From the NCBI GenBank assembly GCA_963737265.1, contig CAVTRY010000022.1, positions 1 through 64,000 on the forward strand: a stretch of DNA of 64,000 bases, written 5' to 3'. A model generated the notes under the pieces. It saw only the letters and a list, made by a program, of their open reading frames with translations. It ran no database searches and was not told where the DNA came from. Positions 1 through 10,283 of the stretch are shown here, in pieces. Every line of letters begins with the position of its first letter. Positions within the stretch are counted from its first letter, which is position 1. Source of the DNA: an uncultured delta proteobacterium (GTDB lineage: Bacteria > Myxococcota_A > Polyangia > Fen-1088). The position numbers and the translations under genes were made by a program.

Positions 1-768
1 ATGTTCAAACGCAACGGAACCTATTATTTTGGAGTTTCCGAAACCAATGGCATCAAACCGTCACCTACCCGTTACTATACAGCCAGCCAACTAACGGGAC
101 CCTGGACCGATCGAATCCTCACGAGCACGCCCGGATCGACCACCACCTATGAAACGCAGGCCGATTTCGTGCTGCCGTTCACGGGCACGCAAAGAACGTT
201 CGACCTATTTGACGCTGATCGCTGGTTGCCGACGGGAGGGTTTCAAGGTGGCTACGTGTGGCTGCCATGCGTTTCGACAACGGCACCATCCCCAACCTGA
301 ATAACTATCAGGATTGGATATGAACGTGGCTGCCGGAACCTGGCGTGTCTTCGATTGTTCGGTACGCGATCTTGCGCTGGGCAAGACAGCCACGGCTTCC
401 ACAACGAACGGAGCCAACGCGGCCGCGAACGCAACGACGGCCACGACCTATCAAAACTACACCGCCACGCGATGGCAAAGCGCCGCCAGCGATGCTGAGT
501 GGATCATGGCGGACCTTGGCTCTGCCATGCCAATCGACAGGGCCATTTTCAAATGGGACACGAATTTCGGTAAGGCGTTCAACATCAGGGTCGCGCGATT
601 CCAAAACCTGGACCGACGTATACAGCACGACCGTCGGGGCGTCCTATTCTGTCACTGACGTGACTTTCGACCAGGCAACCGCCCGGTAACGTGCGAATGA
701 ATGGTACGCAAGCGGGCAATGCAAACGGATAATCACTGTTTGCCTTCATGGTTCTGAATCACCCTTAA
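1..768 (+). pseudogene. Frameshifted mirror copy of the 3' part of the GH43/CBM32 gene
   Basis: Peptides MFKRNGTYYFGVSE and DLALGKTATAST match 4305..6119- but are split over several frames. Confidence 0.85.
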
Positions 769-1006
769 GGATATCGAAGTGGCGCGCATTGGCACCACGT
801 TGTCTCCGCGTTTCCTGGTAACGTGAGAACGTTGTTGACCTTGGTCAAGAACCCCGCGGCGGAAAGGACTCCACATGCCCGCGAACCCGCAGCGTCTGGC
901 GCCGGCCTTGCATGGAACGCACAGTTCTAGGTCTGCCACAGCCCACGCCGCCGAACGGTCCGCCGCCCGCGCCGAGAACGAATTGGCTGCCGGAAGAATG
1001 GGCCTA

Positions 1007-2103
1007 CTGGACACGGACGAGCGCCGCGCTCGCGGAGGGACGTACACCGAAAGGTTACCGCCCGAAGCCGTCTGAATGTACGGTGGATCGCTCGAGGCGC
1101 TCCTGTTGTTGAGAACCACGCTGGTGAATCCGTTCGCCTTGATGGCCCACGCGGTGAAATCCTGAGCGCTGGTGGTGACGGTCGTGAAAACCATCGCGCC
1201 TGTGCCGGCCTGGGTGAAAAGGAGCATCCCGTAGTACTCCGGTTGTACCTGCACCACGACGCCATTCTGCTCCTTGATGGGCTCATAGTAGAAAGGAACC
1301 GTTCCATCCATTCCAGTCTCGCCATTGTGGAAATTGATTCCGGCGCCGCCACGCTTGGCAACCTCGAACATGTAGTCGATCGCCCAGAGAGCCGAGATGA
1401 ACGTGTCGCTTACGCCCGGCTGACCGTGACCGGAGCAGGTGTTGTTTTCCCCCATGCGCCAGCCAAGCGTAATTTTGTTCTTTGTGGCCGCGCCCTGCAT
1501 CGTCGTGAAGATGTCGGTGAGTTTTGTCGTTGTTACTTGAAGGTTGGCCAATGAGCATCCCGATGTGCCAGCACCGGCGACGTATGAGTGCTGGGTCAGA
1601 AGGGTGAGCTTGCTCCCCCACTTCGTCGCCTCGGAGTCGGCAAAGGGGGCGCTGAACGACACGGCAATCCGCTGGTCGCAGCGGGGCCCGCCAACAAGGC
1701 GCTCTGTGTGGCGAGGATGGCGGTCGCGAACGACTCGTACTGCGTTTGTTGAGCGGCCCAGGTCCCGAATTTGTCCGGTTCGTTGCCGATCTCGAATGCG
1801 ACAACGCTCAACGGGCACCTGCGCTTGTCGCCGGGGTTGGGCTTGCGCGGGACGACGCCGTCGCGCTCCATGCGCGCGAGCATCTGAGCATCTCCGCCAT
1901 CGTCGGCTGCCGTTGGCAAGAACACATTGGCGCTCGATGAATTTCGCGCGTATGCGGAGCGCGCCGCGCCAACAACACGATGGTTTCCAACTTCCGCCGC
2001 GGGAGCGACGACAACGGTCATGCGTGCGCTCGCGGGCGGAGGTCGTTCTCGCAGGGGACCCTCGCCCAACAAAAGTCAGATTTCGGCGGTTGAAAATGCT
2101 CAT
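1007..2103 (-). pseudogene. Mirror copy of the GH79-like remnant (left arm of fold-back)
   Basis: Same FEIGNEPD and GENNTCSGHGQPGVSDTF peptides as 3055..4068+, with additional frameshifts. Confidence 0.75.
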
Positions 2104-2517
2104 GTCACCGCCGTCGTCCGAAAGATATCATGTCCGCCGTCATCCCCAAGATAGGGGGCGACGCCGTAATCCCCGTCCTGGCGGCTGCGTCAGCGAGGGA
2201 GCCGTGTAGCACGGGCTGGCGCGGACGAACCATCACAGGGACACCTTGGTTCCGGTGTTCGACGACAGGTGGAACTTCACCCAGACGGTCTTTGCCGTCG
2301 CATCGTAGTACCAGCCTTCCGTGTCCGTGCCGAACGTCGTCGCGGAGGATGCCGGCACCGCGCTGCCGTCGCGCGTGGCCGAGGCCGGGGCGGTCGCTTG
2401 CTGATTGATTTTCAGCACGTAGCCGCGAGCGCAGAGCTGGCCCGAGTAGGGGTATTTAGTGGTAGCTTGCGTGTCGATGGAAACCACGACGTGGCCGCTC
2501 GTGTCGTCGGCGGACAG

Positions 2518-2835
2518 TTCTACTTGGGCGGCGCCTACTCGACGACCAAGCTGTCCGCCGACGACACGAGCGGCCACGTCGTGGTTTCCATCGACACGCA
2601 AGCTACCGCTAAATACCCCTACTCGGGCCAGCTCTGCGCTCGCGGCTACGTGCTGAAGATCAATCAGCAAGCGACCGCCCCGGCCTCGGCCACGCGCGAC
2701 GGCAGCGCGGTGCCGGCATCCTCCGCGACGACGTTCGGCACGGACACGGAAGGCTGGTACTACGATGCGACGGCAAAGACCGTCTGGGTGAAGTTCCACC
2801 TGTCGTCGAACACCGGAACCAAGGTGTCCCTGTGA
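2518..2835 (+). pseudogene. 3' end of a GH31-type glycosidase (DUF5110-like C-terminal domain), cut at the fold-back centre
   Basis: YLGGAYSTTK...YSGQLCARGYVLKI...EGWYYDATAKTVWVK resembles GH31 C-termini. No 5' part is present. Confidence 0.6.
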
Positions 2836-3054
2836 TGGTTCGTCCGCGCCAGCCCGTGCTACACGGCTCCCTCGCTGACGCAGCCGCCAGGACGGGGATT
2901 ACGGCGTCGCCCCCTATCTTGGGGATGACGGCGGACATGATATCTTTCGGACGACGGCGGTGACATGAGCATTTTCAACCGCCGAAATCTGACTTTTGTT
3001 GGGCGAGATCCTTCTGCGAGAACGACCCTCCGCCCGCGAGCGCACGCATGACCG

Positions 3055-4068
3055 TTGTCGTCGCTCCCGCGGCGGAAGTTGGAAACCATCGTGTTGGCCG
3101 CGCGGCGCGCGTCCGCATACGCGCGAAATTCATCGAGCGCCAATGTGTTCTTGCCAACGGCAGCCGACGATGGCGGAGATGCTCAGATGCTCGCGCGCAT
3201 GGAGCGCGACGGCGTCGTCCCGCGCAAGCCCAACCCCGGCGACAAGCGCAGGTGCCCGTCGAGCGTTGTCGCATTCGAGATCGGCAACGAACCGGACAAA
3301 TTCGGGACCTGGGCCGCTCAACAAACGCAGTACGAGTCGTTCGCGACCGCCATCCTCGCCACACAGAGCGCCTTGTTGGCGGGCCCCGCTGCGACCAGCG
3401 GATCCGCCGTGTCGTTCAGCGCCCCCTTTGCCGACTCCGAGGCGACGAAGTGGGGGAGCAAGCTCACCCTTCTGACCCAGCACTCATACGTCGCCGGTGC
3501 TGGCACATCGGGATGCTCATTGGCCAACCTTCAAGTAACAACGACAAAACTCACCGACATCTTCACGACGATGCAGGGCGCGGCCACAAAGAACAAAATT
3601 ACGCTTGGCTGGCGCATGGGGGAAAACAACACCTGCTCCGGTCACGGTCAGCCGGGCGTAAGCGACACGTTCATCTCGGCTCTCTGGGCGATCGACTACA
3701 TGTTCGAGGTTGCCAAGCGTGGCGGCGCCGGAATCAATTTCCACAATGGCGAGACTGGAATGGATGGAACGGTTCCTTTCTACTATGAGCCCATCAAGGA
3801 GCAGAATGGCGTCGTGGTGCAGGTACAACCGGAGTACTACGGGATGCTCCTTTTCACCCAGGCCGGCACAGGCGCGATGGTTTCCACGACCGTCACCACC
3901 AGCGCTCAGGATTTCACCGCGTGGGCCATCAAGGCGAACGGATTCACCAGCGTGGTTCTCAACAACAGGAGCGCCTCGAGCGATCCACCGTACATTCAGA
4001 CGGCTTCGGGCGGTAACCTTTCGGTGTACGTCCCTCCCGCGAGCGCGGCGCTCGTCCGTGTCCAGTAG
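3055..4068 (+). pseudogene. Truncated GH79-like (clan GH-A, beta-glucuronidase/heparanase-like) gene fused to a MarR-like fragment
   Basis: FEIGNEPD (acid/base) and MGENNTCSGHGQPGVSDTFISALWAIDY (nucleophile region). The N-terminal barrel part is missing and replaced by QMLARMERDGVVPRKPNPGDKR. Confidence 0.65.
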
Positions 4069-4304
4069 GCCCATTCTTCCGGCAGCCAATTCGTTCTCGG
4101 CGCGGGCGGCGGACCGTTCGGCGGCGTGGGCTGTGGCAGACCTAGAACTGTGCGTTCCATGCAAGGCCGGTCGCCAGACGCTGCGGGTTCGCGGGCATGT
4201 GGAGTCCTTTCCGCCGCGGGGTTCTTGACCAAGGTCAACAACGTTCTCACGTTACCAGGAAACGCGGAGACAACGTGGTGCCAATGCGCGCCACTTCGAT
4301 ATCC

Positions 4305-6119
4305 TTAAGGGTCATTCAGAACCATGAAGGCAAACAGTGAGTATCCGTTTGCATTGCCCGCTTGCGTACCATTCATTCGCACGTACCGGGCGGTTGCCTG
4401 GTCGAAAGTCACGTCAGTGACAGAATAGGACGCCCCGACGGTCGTGCTGTATACGTCGGTCCAGGTTTTGGAATCGCGCGACACCTGGATCTTGAACGCC
4501 TTACCGAAGTTCGTGTCCCATTTGAAAATGGCCCTGTCGATTGGCATGGCAGAGCCAAGGTCCACCATGATCCACTCAGCATCGCTGGCGGCGCTTTGCC
4601 ATCGCGTGGCGGTGTAGTTTTGATAGGTCGTGGCCGTCGTTGCGTTCGCGGCCGCGTTGGCTCCGTTCGTTGTGGAAGCCGTGGCTGTCTTGCCCAGCGC
4701 AAGATCGCGTGCCGAACGATCGAAGACACGCCAGGTTCCGGCAGCCACGTTCATATCCCAATCCTGATAGTAATTCAGGTTGGGGATGGTGCCGTTGTCG
4801 AAACGCAGTGGCAGCCACACGTAGCCACCTTGAAACCCTCCCGTCGGCAACCAGCGATCAGCGTCAAATAGGTCGAACGTTCCTTGCGTGCCCGTGAACG
4901 GCAGCACGAAATCGGCCTGCGTTTCATAGGTGGTGGTCGATCCGGGCGTGCTCATGAGGATTGGATCGGTCCAGGGTCCCGTTAGTTGGCTGGCTGTATA
5001 GTAACGGGTAGGTGACGGTTTGATGCCATTGGTTTCGGAAACTCCAAAATAATAGGTTCCGTTGCGTTTGAACATGTGCGGAGCTTCACGACTCGCTATG
5101 TTCCACAGGAACATCCGTTTATCCAGAGTCAAGTAGTCCGCCGAGAATCGGTATATGCCGTGCGATTTATTGGTGCCGGTCCCCCACCAGACATAGGCGA
5201 GATACGCTTGCCCGTCGTCGTCCTCGAACACCGACATGTCTCCGATGAGGGCATTATCCACTAGGGTCTGGCTCTTGAACGTGAATGGTCCTTCCGGAAC
5301 TGAAGCGGTGGCTATGCCCAGATGGGCGCCATTCCCATTGTACTTCAAGAACATCACATATTGCTTGGTCGTGTCGTTATAGAGGACGTCCATTCTATTG
5401 GTCTCGACCGTCAACTGGAGCACAAGTCCCCTATAGGTCCAATGGATTAGATCGGTCGACGTGTAGCACGTCTGATCGCGGTAGTTGCTGGCTGCGCCGT
5501 ACCAGTAGTAGAGTCCACCAAACTTGCGCAATACTCCGCTGCGCACGTTGATCGGCTGCCCCGCGGTGTCATACCAGGAGAAGTCGTTGTGGATGGTTAC
5601 CCAACCCGGCGACTCGGCGCTGCCTCCCATGCCAGTCACACCCCCGAGGCCGCCAGCACCACCGGCCCCCGTCTCGCCACCGGCCCCAATAGAGCGTCCG
5701 CCCTGAGATCCGCCCAGACCCGAACCGGCCACCCCGCCTGAACTTGGCACCCCGCCCACACCCCCAGCAACAACACCGCCACCCAGCCCGCCGGTTCCCG
5801 ATCCGCCCGATCCAGCCATTCCACCCCCACTTGCAAAACCAACGCCCGGCCCACCTGACCGTCCGCCTGTTTCGGAGCCACCCGCGCCTCCCGAATCGGG
5901 AATCCCTCCCGTTGGTCTAATGGGCGCATCCACCCCTTGAGAACCGCCCGAGCCCCTTGTCGATCCGCCCGTCCCATTTGCGCCTGCTTCCTCGGTCGGT
6001 TGCGAAACACCCGGCCCCGCGTCATGGACAGCCTGGTCGGTGGATCGTCCGCACGAAAACGTACCTCCGGAAGCGATTGCCAGCACTAGAAATACATTCC
6101 TAATTGCGGCGGTTCTCAT
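4305..6119 (-). CDS. Lipoprotein: Gly-rich linker + GH43 (subfamily 24-like) + C-terminal CBM32/F5-8 discoidin domain
   Basis: Signal peptide ending in Cys (GGTFSC); YYWYG, GDMSVFEDDDG, REAPHMFKRNGTYY; LALGKTATAS...TRWQS...WIMVDLG. Purine-rich SD before the ATG at 6119. Confidence 0.85.
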   Translation of the reverse strand: MRTAAIRNVFLVLAIASGGTFSCGRSTDQAVHDAGPGVSQPTEEAGANGTGGSTRGSGGSQGVDAPIRPTGGIPDSGGAGGSETGGRSGGPGVGFASGGGMAGSGGSGTGGLGGGVVAGGVGGVPSSGGVAGSGLGGSQGGRSIGAGGETGAGGAGGLGGVTGMGGSAESPGWVTIHNDFSWYDTAGQPINVRSGVLRKFGGLYYWYGAASNYRDQTCYTSTDLIHWTYRGLVLQLTVETNRMDVLYNDTTKQYVMFLKYNGNGAHLGIATASVPEGPFTFKSQTLVDNALIGDMSVFEDDDGQAYLAYVWWGTGTNKSHGIYRFSADYLTLDKRMFLWNIASREAPHMFKRNGTYYFGVSETNGIKPSPTRYYTASQLTGPWTDPILMSTPGSTTTYETQADFVLPFTGTQGTFDLFDADRWLPTGGFQGGYVWLPLRFDNGTIPNLNYYQDWDMNVAAGTWRVFDRSARDLALGKTATASTTNGANAAANATTATTYQNYTATRWQSAASDAEWIMVDLGSAMPIDRAIFKWDTNFGKAFKIQVSRDSKTWTDVYSTTVGASYSVTDVTFDQATARYVRMNGTQAGNANGYSLFAFMVLNDP

Positions 6120-6349
6120 GATCTCTTCCTCTTCTCGGCAAAGAGACAGGCAACGCCTGCGTTCGTGGCAAGCGTTCCCGTCAAAGAGGCGCGACACACG
6201 CGTTGCACTGTATACTACCGACGAGCGAGCTGCTAGCGGTAACTTCGATGGGAGTGACTAGCGGTTAGATTCTTCCTCCCTATCTTTCTCCGCGTTCCTT
6301 CCGCTTTCTTCCGCCTTCCGCGCCGGTGCATATCGCAGCTTGCCCCCAA

Positions 6350-6462
6350 GCGAGATTCTTCAATGAGATGGCGCTCGCACGAGCCAACGGCAGCTACGTC
6401 CGTGTCCTTGCCAAGCTGGCCCTTATCGACGTCTTGGTCATCGACGACTGGGGCCTCACCCC
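6350..6462 (+). mobile_element. istB: IS21-family IstB ATPase remnant
   Basis: RFFNEMALARANGSYVRVLAKLALIDVLVIDDWGLTP is the IstB Walker-B region. The rest of the gene is absent. Confidence 0.85.
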
Positions 6463-6542
6463 ACGGCCTCACCCCTGTCTTCACCATCCGCTTTGGTCGG
6501 CACAGAGATCAAGCCACCCCTGCGCGCACACCTGGGCTACAC

Positions 6543-6710
6543 TCACGGACGCTTCAGGAACCGCAAGTAGAACGCCGCGAACACCAGGACGATACCGACG
6601 TTCACCATCAGCCGCGCCCAGAACCGGTTCCTGAAGAACAGGACGTCCACGCCGACCACGACGGCTACCTGCGCGAGCACGTAAAGCGCCACGGGTGCCT
6701 GTCTTCCCAT
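6543..6710 (-). CDS. 55-aa two-helix membrane protein (not in ORF track)
   Basis: MGRQAPVALYVLAQVAVVVGVDVLFFRNRFWARLMVNVGIVLVFAAFYLRFLKRP*, preceded by the SD-like GAAGGGAGGG. Confidence 0.7.
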   Translation of the reverse strand: MGRQAPVALYVLAQVAVVVGVDVLFFRNRFWARLMVNVGIVLVFAAFYLRFLKRP

Positions 6711-7006
6711 CCCTCCCTTCTACTACGTGCGGCCCACCGACACCATCCCAGCTCCATAGCTCTTCATACACCCAACGATGGCCCGAGCCCGGCTGTCGAC
6801 AGCTCCTACAGCGACAATCAAGAGTTTCGTCGCCGCATCCTCTTTCTCGGATTCAGAGCAGTCACCAACTGCACCGCCAGAGGTGGATCGTCGTTCAAGC
6901 CTGAAAGCTCGAAATAGACGTACTTCGCACCCGCCATCGAATCTGTCGCGGAGTCGAATGATTTGTCCCTGGGCGTCCGCGTCCAGAGTTCCACCGCCGG
7001 CACGAA

Positions 7007-7167
7007 CTCAAGACGTGTCCATAAATGGACCCGTCTTGAAGATTTTTGAAGGGAGGGCCGCTGCCCTCCCCTCGTCCGCAAAGTAAATTCGCGGACTTCA
7101 CCCCACCTGCGGCCGAGCCCTTGGCTCGGCTGCTGAAGAACTGTCCAATTTTTGGACAGTTCTTCAG
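7007..7167 (+). repeat. 161-bp multi-hairpin MITE/REP-like element, copy 1
   Basis: Matches 12029..12189 with one substitution seen. Both ends are palindromic. Confidence 0.9.
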
Positions 7168-7350
7168 CGAAACCGTCACACACATGTGACGTTTGAGGAG
7201 AGAACCCGGACTCAGAAGCGGCATCGAACGCTGGAGCCGAGTCAAGTGCCGCCGGCGCGGTCTGGGCTCACTGACTGTTCACCATATTAGCCGGTCGGGG
7301 CGCCTGCGCGGTCCGACATGAAATACACCACCAACTCCGGAGGTTTCCCT

Positions 7351-9123
7351 ATGAAGCGTCTCGTATTGCCACTCGCAATGGCAGCTTTGCTCTCCAACGC
7401 ACGTACTGTCCGCGGCGAAGAAGAAGAAGACGGTGGCGCACTGGCCCGCGCGCGCCACGTGCTCCTCATCAGCGTCGATGGCATGCACCAGAGTGACCTT
7501 GACTGGTACGTCGCCAACCACCCACACTCGACGCTTGCCAAGTTGGTTCACTCCGGCACCGAGTACACCAACGCGGCGACCTCCAACCCGTCGGACTCCG
7601 ACCCGGGTGGCACCGCGCTGATGACCGGCGGTAACCCCAAATCGACCGGCGTCTTCTATGACGTCGAGTACAGCCACAAGGTCGACGAGGCGGGCGCTGC
7701 CTGCACCCCTGGCCAGCCGGCCACCGGCGGTGACGTCATCTATGACTCGCCGGACGACGCGCTTCCCGCCGTGCAGGACCTGCTGAATAACGGGAGCGGC
7801 AACACGTTCCCGGCGTTCGACGAGAACGGTTCTATCTTCGCCAACGGCGTTGACGCCAACCCGGGCGCGATCATGGACCTGAAGTTCGACCCGGAGACGT
7901 CGCTCAACCCGGGCACGTTCCCGGTCGACCCGAAGACCTGCAAGCCGATCACCCCGTGGGACTACCTGGGCGTCAACACGATCTTCCAGATCATCCACGA
8001 CGCCGGCCTGCGCACCGCCTGGTCTGACAAGCACGAGGTCTACGCATCGTTCAATGGTCCGGGCTCGAACGGCCGGAGCATCGACGACCTCTTCTCGCCG
8101 GAGATCGACTCGCAGGCTGTCATGCCGAACGGTGTTCCTTACCCGCAGGACGACGACTGGGCGCACATCAACGCCGCCACCAAGCAGTACGACGGCTACA
8201 AGGTCCAGGCCATCCTGAACGAGATCGACGGTCTCGACCACTCGGGCAAGACCCACTTCGGCACCCCCGCGATCTTCGGCATGAACTTCCAGACCGTCTC
8301 AGTCGCGGAGAAGATCCGCTCGACTCCGACGACGTTGATCGGTCCGGACGCCAGTGGAAATTACACCACCAGCGATCCGGAGGCCGGTGGTTACCAGTGG
8401 GTCAACGGTCAGCTCGTTCCCGGCCCCGTCCTCTCGAGCGCGTTCGACTACGTCGACGCCCAACTGGGCCGCATGGTTTCCACGATCCACAAGGACGGCC
8501 TGGCGGGCTCGACGGCGATCATCGTCACGGCAAAGCACGGCCAGTCGCCGCAGGATCCGAACAAGCTCATCACCGTCACGGACGGCCCGATCGTCAGCGC
8601 GATCAACGCAGCCTGGGCGCAGCTGCACCCGAGCAACACGAGCCTAATCGTTGCCGGAACCAACGACGACCTGTGGCAGTCGTACCTGTCGGACAACTCG
8701 CAGGCCGCTTGCGACTTCGTCAAGAGCTACCTGTGGAACCACGCCGCTGATGGTTTCGACGTCAATAAGAACCCCGTCACCGTCCAGCACTCGGGCCTCG
8801 CCGAGATCTGGGCCGGCGCGGAAGCGGCCCACTTCTTCGGCGTCCCGGTCGACAACGGTCACTACCCGGACGTCTTCGGCAAAGTCCAGGTGGGCATCGT
8901 CTACGCGAAGCCGACCAAGCTGGCCGAGCACGGCGGTATGAACACCGGCGACCGACACGTCCTGATGGTTATCAGCGGCCGGAGCATACCGGTTCAGGTC
9001 GAGTCCACCCCCGTCGAGACCACCCAGGTTGCACCGACGATCCTCGCTCTCCTGGGGCTCAACCCGCACGCGCTGACGGCCGTCCAGATCGAGGGCACGC
9101 GGGTCCTTCCGGGCCTTCGCTAG
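7351..9123 (+). CDS. Secreted alkaline-phosphatase-superfamily protein (type I phosphodiesterase/nucleotide pyrophosphatase-like)
   Basis: Signal peptide; HVLLISVDGMH, PSDSDPG, TAKHGQSP, AEHGG, TTQVAPTIL; GGAGG SD upstream. Confidence 0.85.
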   Translation: MKRLVLPLAMAALLSNARTVRGEEEEDGGALARARHVLLISVDGMHQSDLDWYVANHPHSTLAKLVHSGTEYTNAATSNPSDSDPGGTALMTGGNPKSTGVFYDVEYSHKVDEAGAACTPGQPATGGDVIYDSPDDALPAVQDLLNNGSGNTFPAFDENGSIFANGVDANPGAIMDLKFDPETSLNPGTFPVDPKTCKPITPWDYLGVNTIFQIIHDAGLRTAWSDKHEVYASFNGPGSNGRSIDDLFSPEIDSQAVMPNGVPYPQDDDWAHINAATKQYDGYKVQAILNEIDGLDHSGKTHFGTPAIFGMNFQTVSVAEKIRSTPTTLIGPDASGNYTTSDPEAGGYQWVNGQLVPGPVLSSAFDYVDAQLGRMVSTIHKDGLAGSTAIIVTAKHGQSPQDPNKLITVTDGPIVSAINAAWAQLHPSNTSLIVAGTNDDLWQSYLSDNSQAACDFVKSYLWNHAADGFDVNKNPVTVQHSGLAEIWAGAEAAHFFGVPVDNGHYPDVFGKVQVGIVYAKPTKLAEHGGMNTGDRHVLMVISGRSIPVQVESTPVETTQVAPTILALLGLNPHALTAVQIEGTRVLPGLR

Positions 9124-9239
9124 ACCGGAGGCTGGACGCTGACCGTACGTCGGATGCACGGCGGTTAACTGGCAGCGCTCAACAGGAGGCCCGGGCGAAT
9201 TGCCCCGGCCTCCTCTGCTTTCGACGACTCCAAGAAATG

Positions 9240-9400
9240 CCGCTTGCCGAGGTCGGGTTGTCCGCACTGGGCCTATCGGCCTCGCAAGCGTTCGCCTCGG
9301 AGTAGTAGCCAGCATCGGCTAGTAGCCTTTTCCGGTTTTGCGCCGCAATTGGCGACAGTCTGGACCAGCGTCGGCACCAAGTGTTGGGCAGAGTCGATGC
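9240..9400 (-). mobile_element. IS1182-like transposase remnant (frameshifted)
   Basis: QHLVPTLVQTVANCGAKPE, then a frameshift, then LLADAGYYSEAN (DDE region). Confidence 0.65.
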
Positions 9401-9524
9401 GCTAGACACGGCGCGATCAAGGTGATGGCCAAGCTTGTCGAAGTGCGCAATCTTGGCGTTCATGGCCGTAACGGTCTGGCTCTTTCTGCGACCCAACCAG
9501 GTGAACTGTGCCCCGTCACGCAAC

Positions 9525-9778
9525 GCGCATCACAGTGGGTGATGAACGGCGGCAGCATGGAAATGCTGTCCAATATCTTGGGTCACTCGTCCAAGTCCAC
9601 CACGCTGCATTACGCGCACCTGGCTCCAGACTTTTTCGGCGCCAAGGCGTTCGAGATGGTGGCGGTGGACCTTAGCCGTCCGACTGGGAACGTGGTACAT
9701 CTTGCGCACTTTGGCGGTACAATTGAGCAGAGAATAGGCAGAACGCATGAAGACGGCGCATCTGGACTACTGGCCTAA
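9525..9778 (+). pseudogene. C-terminal remnant of a tyrosine integrase
   Basis: ASQWVMNGGS...ILGHSSKSTTLHYAHL (box II His and catalytic Tyr). It ends ~20 bp before the tRNA. Confidence 0.85.
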
Positions 9779-9799
9779 GTATTTAAAATAACAACGTTT

Positions 9800-9873
9800 G
9801 TGCCCATAGCTCAATCGGATAGAGCACCGGCCTTCTAAGCCGGGGGTTGCAGGTTCAATTCCTGCTGGGCGCG
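9800..9873 (+). tRNA. tRNA-Arg (anticodon TCT)
   Basis: Cloverleaf: GTGCCCA/TGGGCGC acceptor, GCTC/GAGC D-stem, CCGGC-CTTCTAA-GCCGG anticodon arm, GCAGG-TTCAATT-CCTGC T-arm. Confidence 0.97.
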
Positions 9874-9939
9874 CTTGCACAACCTGCTGGTTTTCTAGGG
9901 GTTCTCGATGCCCCTCCGATCGCGCATCACCGTCGTTTC

Positions 9940-10057
9940 GACGTAGCTCACGCTTCCGAATTCGAGCGTGTTAGAAAATGGCCATGCCTGATCCTGGATT
10001 GGACACGACCACTTCCACGTCCGACGGCGAGGCGTTCGAAGCACTGAATCAACTCGC
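9940..10057 (+). repeat. 118-bp diverged copy of the upstream region and first ~25 codons of the SNF2 helicase gene (12357..12474)
   Basis: GACGTAGCTCACGCTTCCGAATTCGAGCGTG...ATGCCTGATCCTGGATTGGAC...GAATCAACTCGC occurs at both loci. Confidence 0.9.
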
Positions 10058-10149
10058 GGACCAACGGCGAGCTTCTTCTTGTCGCGTTCTGGGATTGAAC
10101 CGAGAAGCGTGTTGACTTTGTTGTCGGAGATGTAGAGGTAGTATTTCAT
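10058..10149 (-). pseudogene. 5' remnant of a hypothetical gene (MKYYLYISDNKV..., DUF7019-like start)
   Basis: ATG at 10149. A plausible protein start is cut off where it meets the helicase-start copy. Confidence 0.45.
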
Positions 10150-10180
10150 GGTGGGTTGAGGTGAGGGTAAAGACAGGGGT

Positions 10181-10208
10181 TTGCAGGTTCGATTCCTGCT
10201 GGGCGCGC
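10181..10208 (+). mobile_element. att-like duplication of the tRNA-Arg 3' end
   Basis: TTGCAGGTTCGATTCCTGCTGGGCGCGC vs 9847..9874 TTGCAGGTTCAATTCCTGCTGGGCGCGC (27/28). Confidence 0.9.
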
Positions 10209-10283
10209 AGCAAGCTGTCATCGAAGCATGTCGCTCCGGGGAGGCGCGAGAATCGTCGAGGGCGCCACGAGGGTTGCGGTCAG

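Larger units (their letters stand above)
1..5075. repeat. ~2.5-kb-arm inverted duplication (fold-back): arms 1-2517 and 2551-5075, 33-nt loop 2518-2550
   Basis: Bases 1-35 are the reverse complement of 5041-5075. The arms meet at ...CGGACAG|loop|CTGTCCG.... The ORF track is mirrored (e.g. 2130..2408+ vs 2660..2938-). The left arm carries extra indels. Confidence 0.97.

Noticed and set aside
2518-2550. Hairpin telomere of a linear replicon
   Set aside because: The loop is in-frame GH31-like coding sequence, no protelomerase is seen, and the arm errors are asymmetric. An artefact is more likely.
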